Both the position numbers and the translations under genes were made by a program. Of a stretch of DNA of 64,000 nucleotides, positions 1-12,130 are shown one piece after another (the stretch's first letter is position 1; every line of letters begins with the position of its first letter). Below the pieces are notes generated by a model. That model searched no databases and was not told where the DNA came from. It saw only the letters and a list, made by a program, of their open reading frames with translations. This DNA is from Lama glama. Its lineage: Eukaryota. The stretch lies in NCBI GenBank assembly GCA_028534125.1, contig CM052817.1:72914001-72978000 (forward strand), written 5' to 3'.

Positions 1-249
1 TACGGTTAAATAAAAACTAAATCCACAGAAACTGAGTGATCTGCCCATATCCAAAGTAACAAAACCAGGCTTGGTGTTCAATTTTGTAAAGCCCAAGAGA
101 GTATTTGGTTTACTTTCTACAGCATATAGAACAGTCTTGTAGCAGCCTTCATTGGACAAACTTCATAGAGCACTCTATATTTGATTCTGGAGGTGACATT
201 TTAAACACATCAATATATAAATCATTCTAAGAGAGAAGGATCCAAAAGA

Positions 250-625
250 CATTATTAAGTGAGGAAAGTACAGGGCCAAAGACGTTTTCTCTTGAGAAGA
301 AAATCCTTAGGAGAGGGCAGGACAGTTGTCTCAAATATCTAAACATCTGGGTTGTGTAAAGGAAACCAGATTCACCTCATGTTCCTCAAGGGGAACATTA
401 GGAACAATGAAAAAAAGATACAATTAAGTCAGTATGGGTTAAATGCATAAAAGAGAAATTTCCAATAATTAAAATTGTTCCAAAATGTTGTTACCATATG
501 TGGTGGAAAGTACCTATCAGTAAAAAATTTCAAGCAGAAGTTATATGCCAATCTATCAGAGATGTTGGAGACACACACCTGATTTGGATTCATCAAATGT
601 CTCTTAAGATTCCAGATCCTTTTTA
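250..625 (+). mobile_element. L3/CR1 LINE 3' fragment (ancient)
   Basis: Resembles the CR1/L3 3' region (gagaagaaaatccttaggagagggcaggacagttgtctcaaatatcta ... cttaagattcc). Recognised by eye; boundaries approximate. Confidence 0.5.
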
Positions 626-673
626 AATTCTAGAATGTGTTTCAAGAGAAATGCAATCAGTAAAATTTTAATT

Positions 674-854
674 GGTGCTTCTCAAACTTCAGTGTGCACA
701 AGAATTGCCTGGAGAGCTAGTTTAAAATCATACGCACAGGGCCCCACGTCCCAGAGATTCTGATTCAAGGTGGGGCTCAAGAATTTGTTTTTCTAATAAG
801 TCCCCAAATGATGCTGATTCTGCAGGCACAGGGGCCATGCTTTGAAAAGCACTG
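674..854. mobile_element. MER5A-like hAT-Charlie non-autonomous DNA transposon
   Basis: Ends gtgcttctcaaa ... tttgaaaagcactg form terminal inverted repeats; internal cccagagattctgattca motif is typical of MER5. Confidence 0.75.
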
Positions 855-1589
855 CAAGTCATAATTATTTATTAGATATTTGTGAAGAGATGAAGGAAAA
901 TTAAAAGGCTTTGGCAAGCAAAAAGGGAAATGAAAAATAATGTGTACTTGGCATTCATACATGAAATAAAACAGTGTAATGACTACTTCAAAGGAAAGGA
1001 TCTTTCCAAAACATAGACCACATCTACCTAACAGTATAAAAACATTTGGAGAGGAAATTAATTGGTACATATGGCTGTTGGTGTCCATTTCTAACCATAC
1101 TAAACAGTCCATCAAAGCCTTTCTTTTAAACATTTAGTTAAGTAGTTCCAATGAGATGATGTCATTTAAAAAACTTCTATGGGGGAGGCGTGCGGAGGTT
1201 ACCCACTCAAGCCCAGGTATCTGATTATCTCTAACACCTTCTTTAGCAATTTCACCGAGACCAGCAATAAAACCTGGGGAGCTTGTCAGTTAGAGTAAAG
1301 AACAGGTGTTTGGGAAAATAGTACAATTCAGTCTGTAGATGTTTTTACCCTTGAAACAGAGATCTGAGGCAACCGTCTTAAAAATACAAGCTCCCTAATG
1401 GCAAATACAAAGGAAATCCTTATCAATACATCCTACAAAATTCAGCTTAAATTCCTCTCTCAGTAAATCTTTCCTGATCCCATCAACAGACTGTGAGCTA
1501 CAAATCCCAGATCTCACATTCAGATCTACTTACTATATTCTGACTTACAAACAGAATATGCTGCAATAGTGCAGACCCAATCACACAGT

Positions 1590-2383
1590 GGGTTAAACAG
1601 AAGACACATAAAATAAAGAATGATTAAATTCTGATAAACAAATGTATAGGAGCAAGTATAAGGCAACTTCGTAGTACTCTAATGCTGAGGAAGAGTAGCC
1701 AAGGAAAAACAAAGTTGGAAGGGGTTCTCCTCCCAGAGGTTCAGACCTCATTAAAGAAGTTACAGTTCAGCCCACTGGATAACAAAAAAAGTTCACTGGT
1801 TTACTCTAGCCAGTACTGATTGGGGTCACTGGGAGAGCAGGAGGCTTCCTTCCAGAATGTGGCCTGAGGGTAGTTAATCAGCAACCAGAGAAGTGGGTGT
1901 GTGCAAGGGATGGGAGCCCTGGAGCAGGCAAACCACAAGGGCTGGAAGAGGAAGTAATGGCTCAGTGAAACCTTCTAGGCTCCCAGTAATCTACATGTGG
2001 TACTGCACAGAGAATGCACTGGGGATGAGGGCACTGATCTGGGCAGGAAACCTGTGAAAAAAACAGCCTCTACATTGAAGATGGGAGTGTTATGGGAAGC
2101 TTATTGCCAGGCTGGGTTGAGGCTACAAGGTCATCTAGTGACTACACATTCTGGCCATGTGGCTAAAGCAGAGCTCCACTAGGTGTCCTCACACTCACTC
2201 CACCTACTCACCATGCAGCAGCTGGAAACAGCAAGAGACATCTTTCCAACAGCCTCTACTGAGAAAGCATGGCATCATGTTCACTGTAAAGAGGAGGTGT
2301 GTAAAAGAATTCTGTCCATTATCAAAGAGCATATATTAAGGAACTAATTTGGAACTCAAAGGCAATAGGTTGCTAATTGACAT
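1590..2383. mobile_element. Probable old ERVL/MaLR-class solo LTR, family not resolved
   Basis: About 0.8 kb of higher-GC sequence ending ...aattgaca, LTR-like in composition; no firm consensus match recalled. Confidence 0.3.
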
Positions 2384-2519
2384 ATTTGTATAACTCCTAG
2401 ATTGCTGGTCCTTTGAAGATTAATTACTGGGTTTCATCTTTGTAGTCTCTTCTGCTGCCAAGTTTTTATAACAAACTCTTCATCAGTAAATATTGAGAAT
2501 CCTCAGCTGTCTTTCTTTT

Positions 2520-4415
2520 GATGTTGCAGAAACTGGCAAGCTGATCCTAAAATTCATATGGAAATGTGAGCAGCCAAAATACCCAAAACAATCTTGAAAA
2601 AGAGCAGAGTTGGAGGACTCACACTTCCTGGCTTCAAAACTTACTACAAAGCTACAGTAATGAAGACAATATGACACTAGCATTGGGATAGAAATATATA
2701 CCAATGAAAAAGAATTGACAGCTCAGAAATAAACCATTAGATTCACAGTAAGTTGATTTTGACACTGGTACCAAGAACATTCAATGGTGAAAGAACATCT
2801 TTTCAACAAATGATGCTGAAACAACTGAATCTCCACCTGCAAAAGAATGAATTTGGACCCTATCTCATTTTATATACAAACATTATCTAAGTGAATCATA
2901 GATCTAAATGTAAGAACTAAAACATAAAACTCTTAGAAGATAGGAGTAAATATAAATTGTCCTGACTTTGGATAAGACAATAGTCTCTTAGATATGACAT
3001 CAAAAGCACAACCAACAAAATAAAAAATAGATAAATTGGATTACATCAAAATTCAAAACTTTTGTGCTTCAAAGGACATCATCAAGGAAGAAGAAGACAG
3101 CCCCCAAAATAGGAGAAAATATTTGCAAATCATGTATCTGATGAGGGACTTGTATCCAGAATACAAAAAGAACTTTAACAAATCAATGATAAATAAATAA
3201 CAACCCAAATGAATTTATTTACAAAACAAAAACAGACTCAGACATAGAAAACAAACTTATAGTTACAAGGGGGGAAAGGAAGTGGGAAGGGATAAATTTG
3301 GAGTTCAGGATTTACAAATACTAACTACTATATATAAAATAGACAAACTATATACAAACTACTATATATAAAATAGACAAACAAAATTCTACTGTATAGC
3401 ACAGAGAACTATATGTAATACTTGTAATAGCTTATAATGAAAAAATATGAAAAGGAATATATACATATTTATGTACGACTGAATCACTGCTGTAGGCCAG
3501 AAATTAATACATTGTCAATCAACTATACTTCAATAAAAAAAAAAGATTTTTAAATGACCCAATATTAAAAACAGGCGAAAAAGGAACAGACATTTTTTTA
3601 AAGATGATACACAAATGGCCAATAAACACATGAAAAGAAGCTCAATATCATTAGTCATTAGGGGAACGCATATCAAAACCGCACTGGTCTACACACCTCA
3701 CACCTACTAGAATCTTGGCTATAATCAAAAAGACACTAACAAATGTTGGAGAAGATGTGGAGAAACTGGAACCCTCATGCACTGCTGGTGGGAATGTAAA
3801 ATGGTTCAGTCACTTTGAAAAATAGTCTAATAGTTTCTCAAAATCTTAAACATAGAGTTACCATATGATCACCAATTTCACTCCTAGGCATATACAATAA
3901 GAAAACTGAAAACATATATCCACAACAAAAACCTGTACATGAATATTTATAGCATTCACAATAGCCAAAAAAAGGAAACAACTCAAATGTCTAGTAAGTG
4001 ATGAATGACTAAACAAAATGTGCTATATCCATACAATGGAAGACAAACACTAACATTAAAAGGGAATAGGTACTGATACACGCTGCCATATGAATAAACC
4101 TTGAAAACTACTCTAATTGAGGTAAGCCACTCACAAAAGTCTATATATATATATTCCATTTATATCTAATGTTCAGAATGGGAAAATCCAAAAAGACAGA
4201 GAGTAGGTTATTGGTTGTTAGGGGCTGGATGAGGGGGAAGAGAATGAGGAATGACTGCTAATGGATATGGGGTTTTGTCAGGAAGAGATTAAAGCGTTCT
4301 GGAATTAGACAATAGTGATATATGCACAATATAGTGCACGTAATAAAAAAGCCATTGGATTATACACTTTAAGGTGAACTTTATGATATGTAAATTTACC
4401 TCAATAAAGCTGTTA
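2520..4415 (+). mobile_element. Old L1 (L1MB-like), ORF2 3' part plus 3' UTR, decayed
   Basis: L1 ORF2 motifs (ctgatcctaaaattcatatggaaa, ggaggactcacacttcctg, tgctggtgggaatgtaaaatgg) and 3' end ...cctcaataaagctgtt. Confidence 0.85.
3207..3544 (+). mobile_element. Cetartiodactyl-type L1 3' UTR fragment nested in the older L1
   Basis: caaatgaatttatttacaaaaca...gacatagaaaacaaactta...ctgtatagcacagagaactata...caataaa plus poly-A; close sibling at 24305-24604. The host L1 resumes after the tail. Confidence 0.85.
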
Positions 4416-4748
4416 TTTAGTTTGATATTTACCTCCATTTTCTTCTTTCCTTTCCAAGTACAGAGTTACATCCAAAGAACCTGTACTAAAAAAATAAAAT
4501 TCCTCTTTCTTTTTTGGTAACAACTAGGGTATATAGAAAATTGGAATGAATAATTGAAGGCTTCAAGTTTCATATATTCTTATAAAATGTCTATTGTTAT
4601 TGGTTGCCATGAATCTTGAAAACTCAGGAAAACAAGTGAGATATCAGAGAGGCTATGGGGTTAAATAACCAGTGGAAGAGAAGACTTGAGCAAGGCATCT
4701 AGTCTTACCCCCAGCTTCCAATTCCTCAAATATTAAAATGGAAAGTTG

Positions 4749-4788
4749 AGATAGATGACCTCCAGCATAGATAGATGACCTCCAGCAT
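4749..4788. repeat. Perfect 20-bp tandem duplication (AGATAGATGACCTCCAGCAT x2)
   Basis: Read directly: copies at 4749-4768 and 4769-4788. Confidence 0.95.
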
Positions 4789-5984
4789 CTGCATATTTTC
4801 ATCATTTGCCCTAGAAAAATAGTTTTAGGATCAAATTTTCAAAGATTTTAATATTTATGAATTAAATAAATAGTAAGGATTATTTCCTGACCAAAAAAAA
4901 AACTTCTTAAATGTGAGTGGAAGTACATATTATGCTTTTTTTTTCTCTTGATGAAGGTTGTATCTCTTTATTACTAGGCTAAAATATATAATTCTAACCC
5001 TCTGCATGTGTGGGTGTGTGTATAATATTATGTTTGAACATTTAAGTATTCCCTGAAGGAATCTTTACCCATCCAACAACATAGGCCTTCTAATTCTATA
5101 CATACTTGCGCATACTTTACATAGATTTCCTCTGTGTAAAGTTAAAATTCAGACAGCTAAAAAAAGCATGAGCTATTTCCGCCAGCCCTCTCCTGGGACT
5201 CTGTTCCCAAGTTAGGCAGTTATTTAAAATTGAGCAATTGTACTGTCTTTCTTTCTAATAGTTATCATTTCAAAAACTGACAGCACTTTTTTAAAAAATA
5301 GAGAATAAAGCAAATCTTCTTCAGCTGGTCATTGTGTTCCTTGAAACACAGCAGATACTCTCCTGTCCATCTATATTTGGATTTAAGTATATATTTAGAC
5401 TCTTTATCCTAGGGAGCTGAGTGCTTTGCACTTTGAAAGCATGTTCTCTTGTTAGTCATCGTAAGAAATCATTATTTTTTCCTTTCTTACTTCAAAAAAA
5501 AATTGGGGACTAATAAGAAAGAAATAATTTGATTAAGAGTAGGAAAAGACGATAACCAGTGAGAAAAAAAAATCACAGTGAATCAAGTTTCTTACATCTG
5601 TTATGTCCATCCATCTGCTCTCCACATGAGAACATGAAGCCCTCCATATTCACTGAAGTCACAATTAACCCTGCCTTCCCTCTGTGGACCCACAGCACGT
5701 TACTTGAGACTCCATGTTATGCCTATTTTATTCTGCTGTATATTATGAGTTAGTTAAATGTTTCCCTCATCAGAATTGTATTTCCTTGAGTATTGTATCA
5801 AAATACTGCTGAGTCACAAAGAAGAAAAAAATTAGTCATTTCCCAACATAAAGCTCTCCAAATTCTCCTCAAATGGGAAGGGAAGTCTAAATATTTATAT
5901 TCCTTAAATAGCTCCTTATACAATGATTTCATAAAGTGCATTCTCAATATAGTTTTTTGAATTAAATTCACTTGTGAGATCATT

Positions 5985-6173
5985 CAATTAAACCATATGA
6001 AATGGCCATTTCCTTGGGTTAAAAACTGGCAATAATTCTATTCCCTTGGCCCAGATGAATTTCAGAAACCCACTGTTTAGTGTTATCTTCCTCCGTCCCT
6101 GTAAACAGGTCCTCCTATCAGACACCCCACCTTCAAGCGATTACTGTCAATATTTCATATGGCTCTGTTTAAT
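5985..6173. mobile_element. MADE2-like mariner-derived MITE split by a 108-bp insert
   Basis: Inverted termini AACCATATGAAAT (5991-6003) and ATTTCATATGGCT (6152-6164). Confidence 0.65.
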
Positions 6174-6673
6174 AATTTTCAGTAAAGAGTGTTAAATTTA
6201 TTAAAGTATTCTAATTATAAAAGTACTATTTGAAATTAATTTCCTCTTCTGTCTCACAGATTTGATATTTAAAAAGTGTAGCAGGGCAACATCAGCCAGT
6301 AAGAACAGAACACAAAGTGGGGCAATGTCTTTTGAGGTGTTATAGAGCCTTTGAGACTCTGACAGAAAATACAGACACACTTCCCAGAAAAATGTGTGCA
6401 CGCATGCATGCGCAGACACACACACACACACACCATTTTGCATATAATTCTAGCGGTTAATAGATTTTTTCCATTGCTAGCAAGCCATCGATTAATAACG
6501 TCTCTTCCAGAGGACTATACTCAGAAGATGAAGAAAGTGTTGAGTAATTGTCTAATAATTTCAACCATTCCCCAACTTTAGAACAAGAAAAAAAAGTAGT
6601 TTATTTTAGGATCTACCCGGTCCACAAATTATCAGATGGTTGCTACTCTTTGCCTGTATAAACACAACTAAAC

Positions 6674-6790
6674 TAGAAGAGCATATGATATATTGTTCAA
6701 ACTAAGACACTTTTGAGGGTGAAAGGGGAACTAATAATTACACCAAGACAACAGAACCATGATCTATAAAAAGAAAATGTCATCATTAAA
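6674..6790. mobile_element. MER81-like hAT-Blackjack MITE
   Basis: ttgttcaaactaagacacttttgagggtgaaagggg...aataattacaccaagacaacag resembles the MER81 core. Confidence 0.5.
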
Positions 6791-7279
6791 TATATGTTGA
6801 GTTTATTTTAAAAATGTATCAGACCTCTATTGTCCAGATAACCATTCCATTTCTCTTCTTTCCATAAGGGGTTAATGTCTACCACCATAAGAGACAATGA
6901 CCAAATTTATGGATTTTTCTTCCTTTTATATTTTAACTAGAGTAAGTCTATTAAATTCTATAGGACTCAGTCTCCCCACCAGTAAATTAATAGGTGGAAT
7001 AGATGATCTCTTAAGTATGCCTCTACCGTTGTATAAATCCAATTTTAAAATAAGGGGTTTTTTTAACCAGAAGTGTTTCTAAGCAAAAAGGGTTTTAAGC
7101 CTTCAGCTTAGGGGGAAAAAAAAACATTTAAAATCACAGTATACTTGTAAAAGGCAAATAAACTTAACTGATTAAAAGTCATAATCATTTATAATCAAAC
7201 TTCCAGTCTATTCTATATAAATAATTAGTCTGTAATTTTGAAGTGTAAATTGTTAAAAAATGTCTTATTATTGATAACC

Positions 7280-7485
7280 ATATAACTTTTACAGTGGTTA
7301 TAAGCTGTCCAAGCACTATGCTAAGCAAATCATGCATTTTTTCACAGAACTATCACGAGGTAGGTAACTTAATCCCTCTCTTCAGGAAAGGAAAACAGAA
7401 TTTAGAAACTTGACTGAGGTTACATTGCTAGTAAATGACAGAATTAAAGTTAAAACCCAGTCTGACTGCAGAGTCCCAGGCTATT
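7280..7485 (-). mobile_element. MIR SINE
   Basis: Reverse MIR core: aagcactatgctaagc ... ggaaaacaga ... gaggttacattgctagtaaatgacaga ... cccagtctgactgcagagtccc. Confidence 0.65.
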
Positions 7486-9722
7486 TACTGATGAACTAAA
7501 AGTAACAAATTTACCTACTAATGTCCCAGTTTTGAACTTACCTTTCATTCTACTTATAGCCCTGACATATATAAAAATACCATATTTCCTAACTTCATAA
7601 CAGATATCTCTTGCACAATCACTTAATTGTTTACTATCAAAATAAGTGATAATAGTCACACTCTTGGTTCAAGTGGGGGGAAAGTATATTCAATATTTGT
7701 CAGTACATACTAAAAATATAAAGTCTGTTGAGACCAATTAGCTAAGAAATAGTTCATAATGGACTATATCCTTGAATACAAAATAGCTACAATATGAGGA
7801 ACATTATTCCACTTGAAAGAATTTTATAAATGACAACTACATTCTGTGTTTTTACATGTGGTATTTAAAAACAACTTCTACCAAGATTTTTTTAATCTTA
7901 AAAAAACCTTAAATATATATATAACATACGTATGTAAAACTCAGTTTTTTTTCAGCTTTGAGAAGATGCATTAGCACAACATGTGTCTACTATTACTACC
8001 ACTTTAGAAGACATCACCTTACAACACCAAAATACATACTACCTTGGGGAAAGTCATAGGCCTTTATAGATTTTTAAATCTAACCAATGATAGGTTTAAT
8101 GTGTTAACCCTGAAACCTAATATTGTAAGTTAACATGCAAGATTGTAATGCAGATTTTCCTGAAGATACATAGAAAATTCAAGCAAATTTTAGTAAAGGA
8201 CATTTGATAAAATAACCTCAGTGAACCACTTCACCAACACTTACATAAAAATTAATGAAGACTGTGTCATTTTATATGCTCAGGACCGTACAGTAACCAG
8301 TTAACAAATGTAAATAATCATACAGTTTCTACCCATAATTGTCCTCCTCTCTTTACATGAATCAGCCAAATTAGGTCTGGGACAAGATAGAATGAAGATA
8401 TTTTTTTCAAAATAGAAATCTTTGAAGACCCTCAAGATGTTGTATGAAGTTATTTTGACATTTTCTCAACTCCAGACACTTATTCTTAGTTGTATAAATG
8501 CTTTATAGTCTCTATTAGATTTTAAGCACCTGACAACAGAGAGGATCTCTTAAGCAAGTATGTATTGCCAGCTAGCAAAACAACAGTAAGAAAAATAATA
8601 TCAGAAGATGTAAATGTTAAGTTAGCCTATATTCTTGGTGACCTGAAAAATATAAACTTTAGGAGATATTTTTTAAAAAACTTAAGAGAGTTTCATGTTT
8701 TTCATACAGAATGTAACTTCAGTCCATGTAAATCATGATAGGAATAAAAATTATAACCAATTAGTTTTCCCCCCATGATTACAGTGAGAACAGTATAAAT
8801 TTCCACTGGGAGAGTATTAGATTTATACCAAATTACATTGTTTAAAAAAAGTAAAAATAATAAATATGTGCCTATAATGTATCTAATGGAAAACCAAAAC
8901 TGGAGATAAACTGTCTTGTAAAATACATGAAAATAAGTCCAAAACAAAGGGCAATCTTTAACACAGCCCGAAATCTCACTTAATCAAAGGAAAACTTGAA
9001 GGTTGTTTTAGCTATTATCCAGAAACTTGAAATCAGCTGAGTACAGGAAAAACAGAGGGAAGTTTTTTCAAAACCACCCACACAGTGGCTGTCTTCCTGC
9101 TCCCAGGTCTGCCCATGGAGAATGGCTTCCAGCATGAGGAGCACACGGTGCATATGGAAAACTGTGGAGTCAGCCAGATTCCCACCCACATGAGTTCCTC
9201 TCCTCAGCAGCGCCCTGACAACCCACAGAAACCAATTGGCTCAACTTGACGGCGAGATGAAAGCCAGGACCCATTTCTCTTGTAAATGGAAATGTTTAGG
9301 TACATTGCAGAGACTTAACCAACCCACAGAGCAGATGAATGAAATATCAAGAGTTTTAAAAAGCAAAAGCTGAAAAGATACATTTCATTAGAAATGGAGG
9401 CTGAAGACCTGAAGGAATGGAGTTTTCCTAACTATAAATAGGAAAGGAGTAGAGGTATTAAGTAGCACATTAAGAAACTAATATGAGAAATAAAATCCAT
9501 TTCAAAGGCATTAGGAAAAGAAAAAATACTTTGTGTGATGTAAACAAAAATGAAAATCTTGTCTCTCCAGAATAACTAGTGAATGAATTACAGTGTGCAG
9601 ACTTTTCTGGGGGAGCTGGACATTTATCCTTAAACACATTTGAAACAAATTTAACCATCTTGAATCCAAATCCTTCTAAAATATATTATTTTACTATCTA
9701 ATATTATCCATTATTTTGACTT

Positions 9723-11099
9723 TTTTCTTTTCTAATATTAGTGTTTATTTTTCTTTTTTATTTAACATTTTTTATTGAGTTATAGTCATTTTACAATATT
9801 ATCAAATTCCAATGTAGAGCACAATTTTTCAGTTATACATGAACATACATATATTCATTCTCACATTTTTTTCACTGTGAGCTTCCACAGGATCTTATAT
9901 ATATTTCCCTGTGCCGTACAGTATAATCTTGTTTGTCTATTCTACATATGCCTGTCAGTATCTACAAATTTTGAACTCCCAGTCTATCCCTTCCCACCCT
10001 CCTCCCCCTTGGCAACCACAAGTTTGTATTTTTGTCTATGAGTCTGTTTGTTTTGTATTTATGTTCTTTTTTTTTAGATTTCACATATGAGTGATCTCAT
10101 ATGGTATTTTTCTTCCTCTTTCTGGCTTACTTCACTTAGAATGACATTCTCCAGGGACATCCATGTTGCTGCAAATGGTATTATGTTGTTGTTTTTATGG
10201 CTGAATAGTATTCCATTGTATANNNNNNNNNNNNNNNNNNNNNNNNNNNNNNNNNNNNNNNNNNNNNNNNNNNNNNNNNNNNNNNNNNNNNNNNNNNNNN
10301 NNNNNNNNNNNNNNNNNNNNNNGTAGGGTTCCTTCTGGATATATGCCCAGGAGCAGGATTCCTGGATCATATGGTAAGTCTATTCCTAGTCTTTTGAGGA
10401 ATCTCCATACTGTTTTCCACAGTGGCTGCACCAAACTGCTTTCCCACCAGCAGTGTAGGAGGGTTCCTTTTTCTCCACAGCCTCTTCAGCATTTGTCTTT
10501 TGTGGACTTTTGAATGATGGCCATTCAGACTGGTGTGAGGTGATATCTCATTGTAGTTTTGATTTGCATTTCTCTGATAATTAGTGATATTGAGCATTTT
10601 TCATGTGCCTATTGGCCATTTGTATTTCTTCCTTGGAGAATTGCTTGTTTAGGTCTTCTGCCCATTTTTGGATTGGGTTGTTTGTTTTTTCTTATTAAGT
10701 CGTATAAGCTGCTTATATATTCTGGAGATCAAGCCTTTGTCAGTTTCATCATTTGCAAAAATTTTCTCCCATTCCGTAGGTTGTCGTTTTGTTTTACTTA
10801 TGGTTTCCTTTGCTGTGCAGAAGCTTGTAGGTTTACTTAGGTCCCATTTGTTTATTCTTGCTTATATTTCTATTACTTGGGTAGACTGCCCTAGGAGAAC
10901 ATTTTTGAGATATATGTCAGATAATGTTTTGCCTATATTTTCTTCTAGGAAGTTTATTGTATCTTGTCTTATGTTTAAGTCTTTGATCCATTTTGAGTTT
11001 ATTTTTGTGTATGGTGTAAGGAAGTGTTCTAGCTTCATTGATTTACATGCTGCTGTCCAATTTTCCCAACACCATTTGCTGAAGAGATTATCTTTATTC
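9723..11099 (-). mobile_element. Young camelid-type L1, 5'-truncated (ORF2 C-terminus plus 3' UTR)
   Basis: Minus-strand translations give ORF2 C-terminal peptides ([54 protein letters not shown]). T-rich tail at left. 15-bp TSD CCATTA(T/C)TTTGACTT at 9708-9722 and 11100-11114. Confidence 0.92.
10223..10322. other. Assembly gap (100 N)
   Basis: Run of exactly 100 N inside the L1. Confidence 1.
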
Positions 11100-11199
11100 C
11101 CATTACTTTGACTTGCTAAATGTGATTACTCTCACAGGCTCATGACAAGAAATATTTTGCAATGATCTACAAACTCCAACCTGAGATCAGGTGTTAGGT

Positions 11200-11356
11200 T
11201 GACTCATAACAATCACCTGAGAAAACTCATAAAAATATGAAAATATTCTGATTCACTAGGGAAGGAGTGAAGCCCAGGAATCCGTGCTTTTCCTTTCCAT
11301 CCCTGGGAAGAAAACCTTCCCAGGTGATTCTGATTCACAGCCAGTTTCACAAACCA
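11200..11356. mobile_element. MER5B-like DNA transposon fragment
   Basis: aatcacctgag...ttctgattcactagg...agcccaggaatc...cccaggtgattctgattcacagccag. Confidence 0.5.
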
Positions 11357-11419
11357 AAAGTGTAAGAGGAAGAACATTTGCCTGACTATTAGTATTCAGG
11401 TAGCTTTATTCCTAATAGC

Positions 11420-12130
11420 TTTACATGCATTCAAGACACATTGATTGAATATCTAACATGTCCTAAAACTGAGCACCAAATATGGTCTTTGGTACACAAA
11501 GATGAATAAAACAACATCTATCAAAGAGCTCACGTTCAAACAGAGTAGCCAAATACATAATTATAGTACGAGTCAATCCAATAATAGGATGCGATGAAAA
11601 TCCATCACTGGGTGGTGAAAGACCTCCAGTCTAGGCATTAAGGTGAGTCCTAACGGTTGCGATATTAGCCAAGTGAATTTGGAGAGAGAATGAAGGAGAA
11701 GGGGGCAATGTGCCAAGCACCCTCCCCCGCCCCATATATCCATATAGCATCAAAAGTTGATAGAAAGCAGGGAAGGGCTGGATAGGAGTTCGAAGTTCAT
11801 CTTGCAGGCAATGGAAAGCTGCTGCAGCACAGAGTCAGTGAATGTCACCATCAAATTTGCATTTCAGCCATATGTCTCTGGCTGGAAATGTGGCATATAG
11901 ATTTAAGAAGGATAAGAAATGGAAGGAGAAAGATGAGTTAGGAATCCATGGAAAATTTCAGGGAAGAGATATTGAAGGCCTGACATAAAGCAGTGAAAAC
12001 TGAAATGGAAATGAGAATATCAATGTGAGGAAAATGGCAGCAAAAAGACAGGGTGATTGATTAGAAGGAGATGGCAGGTGAAAGGATGGAAAAGTTTAGG
12101 GAGAGAGAAAAAAGGAGTCAAGGATGATCC
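11420..12130 (-). mobile_element. L2 LINE fragment
   Basis: Reverse L2 tail (cattcaagacacattgattgaatatctaacatgtcc) through ...ggagtcaaggatga. Confidence 0.65.

Noticed and set aside
9190..9230. Possible CTCF site around cagcagcgccctgacaac
   Set aside because: Only the GGGCGC half matches; insufficient support.
10074..11111. Cluster of ORFs on both strands
   Set aside because: Frameshifted L1 ORF2 fragments and their antisense; some are open only because of the N gap.
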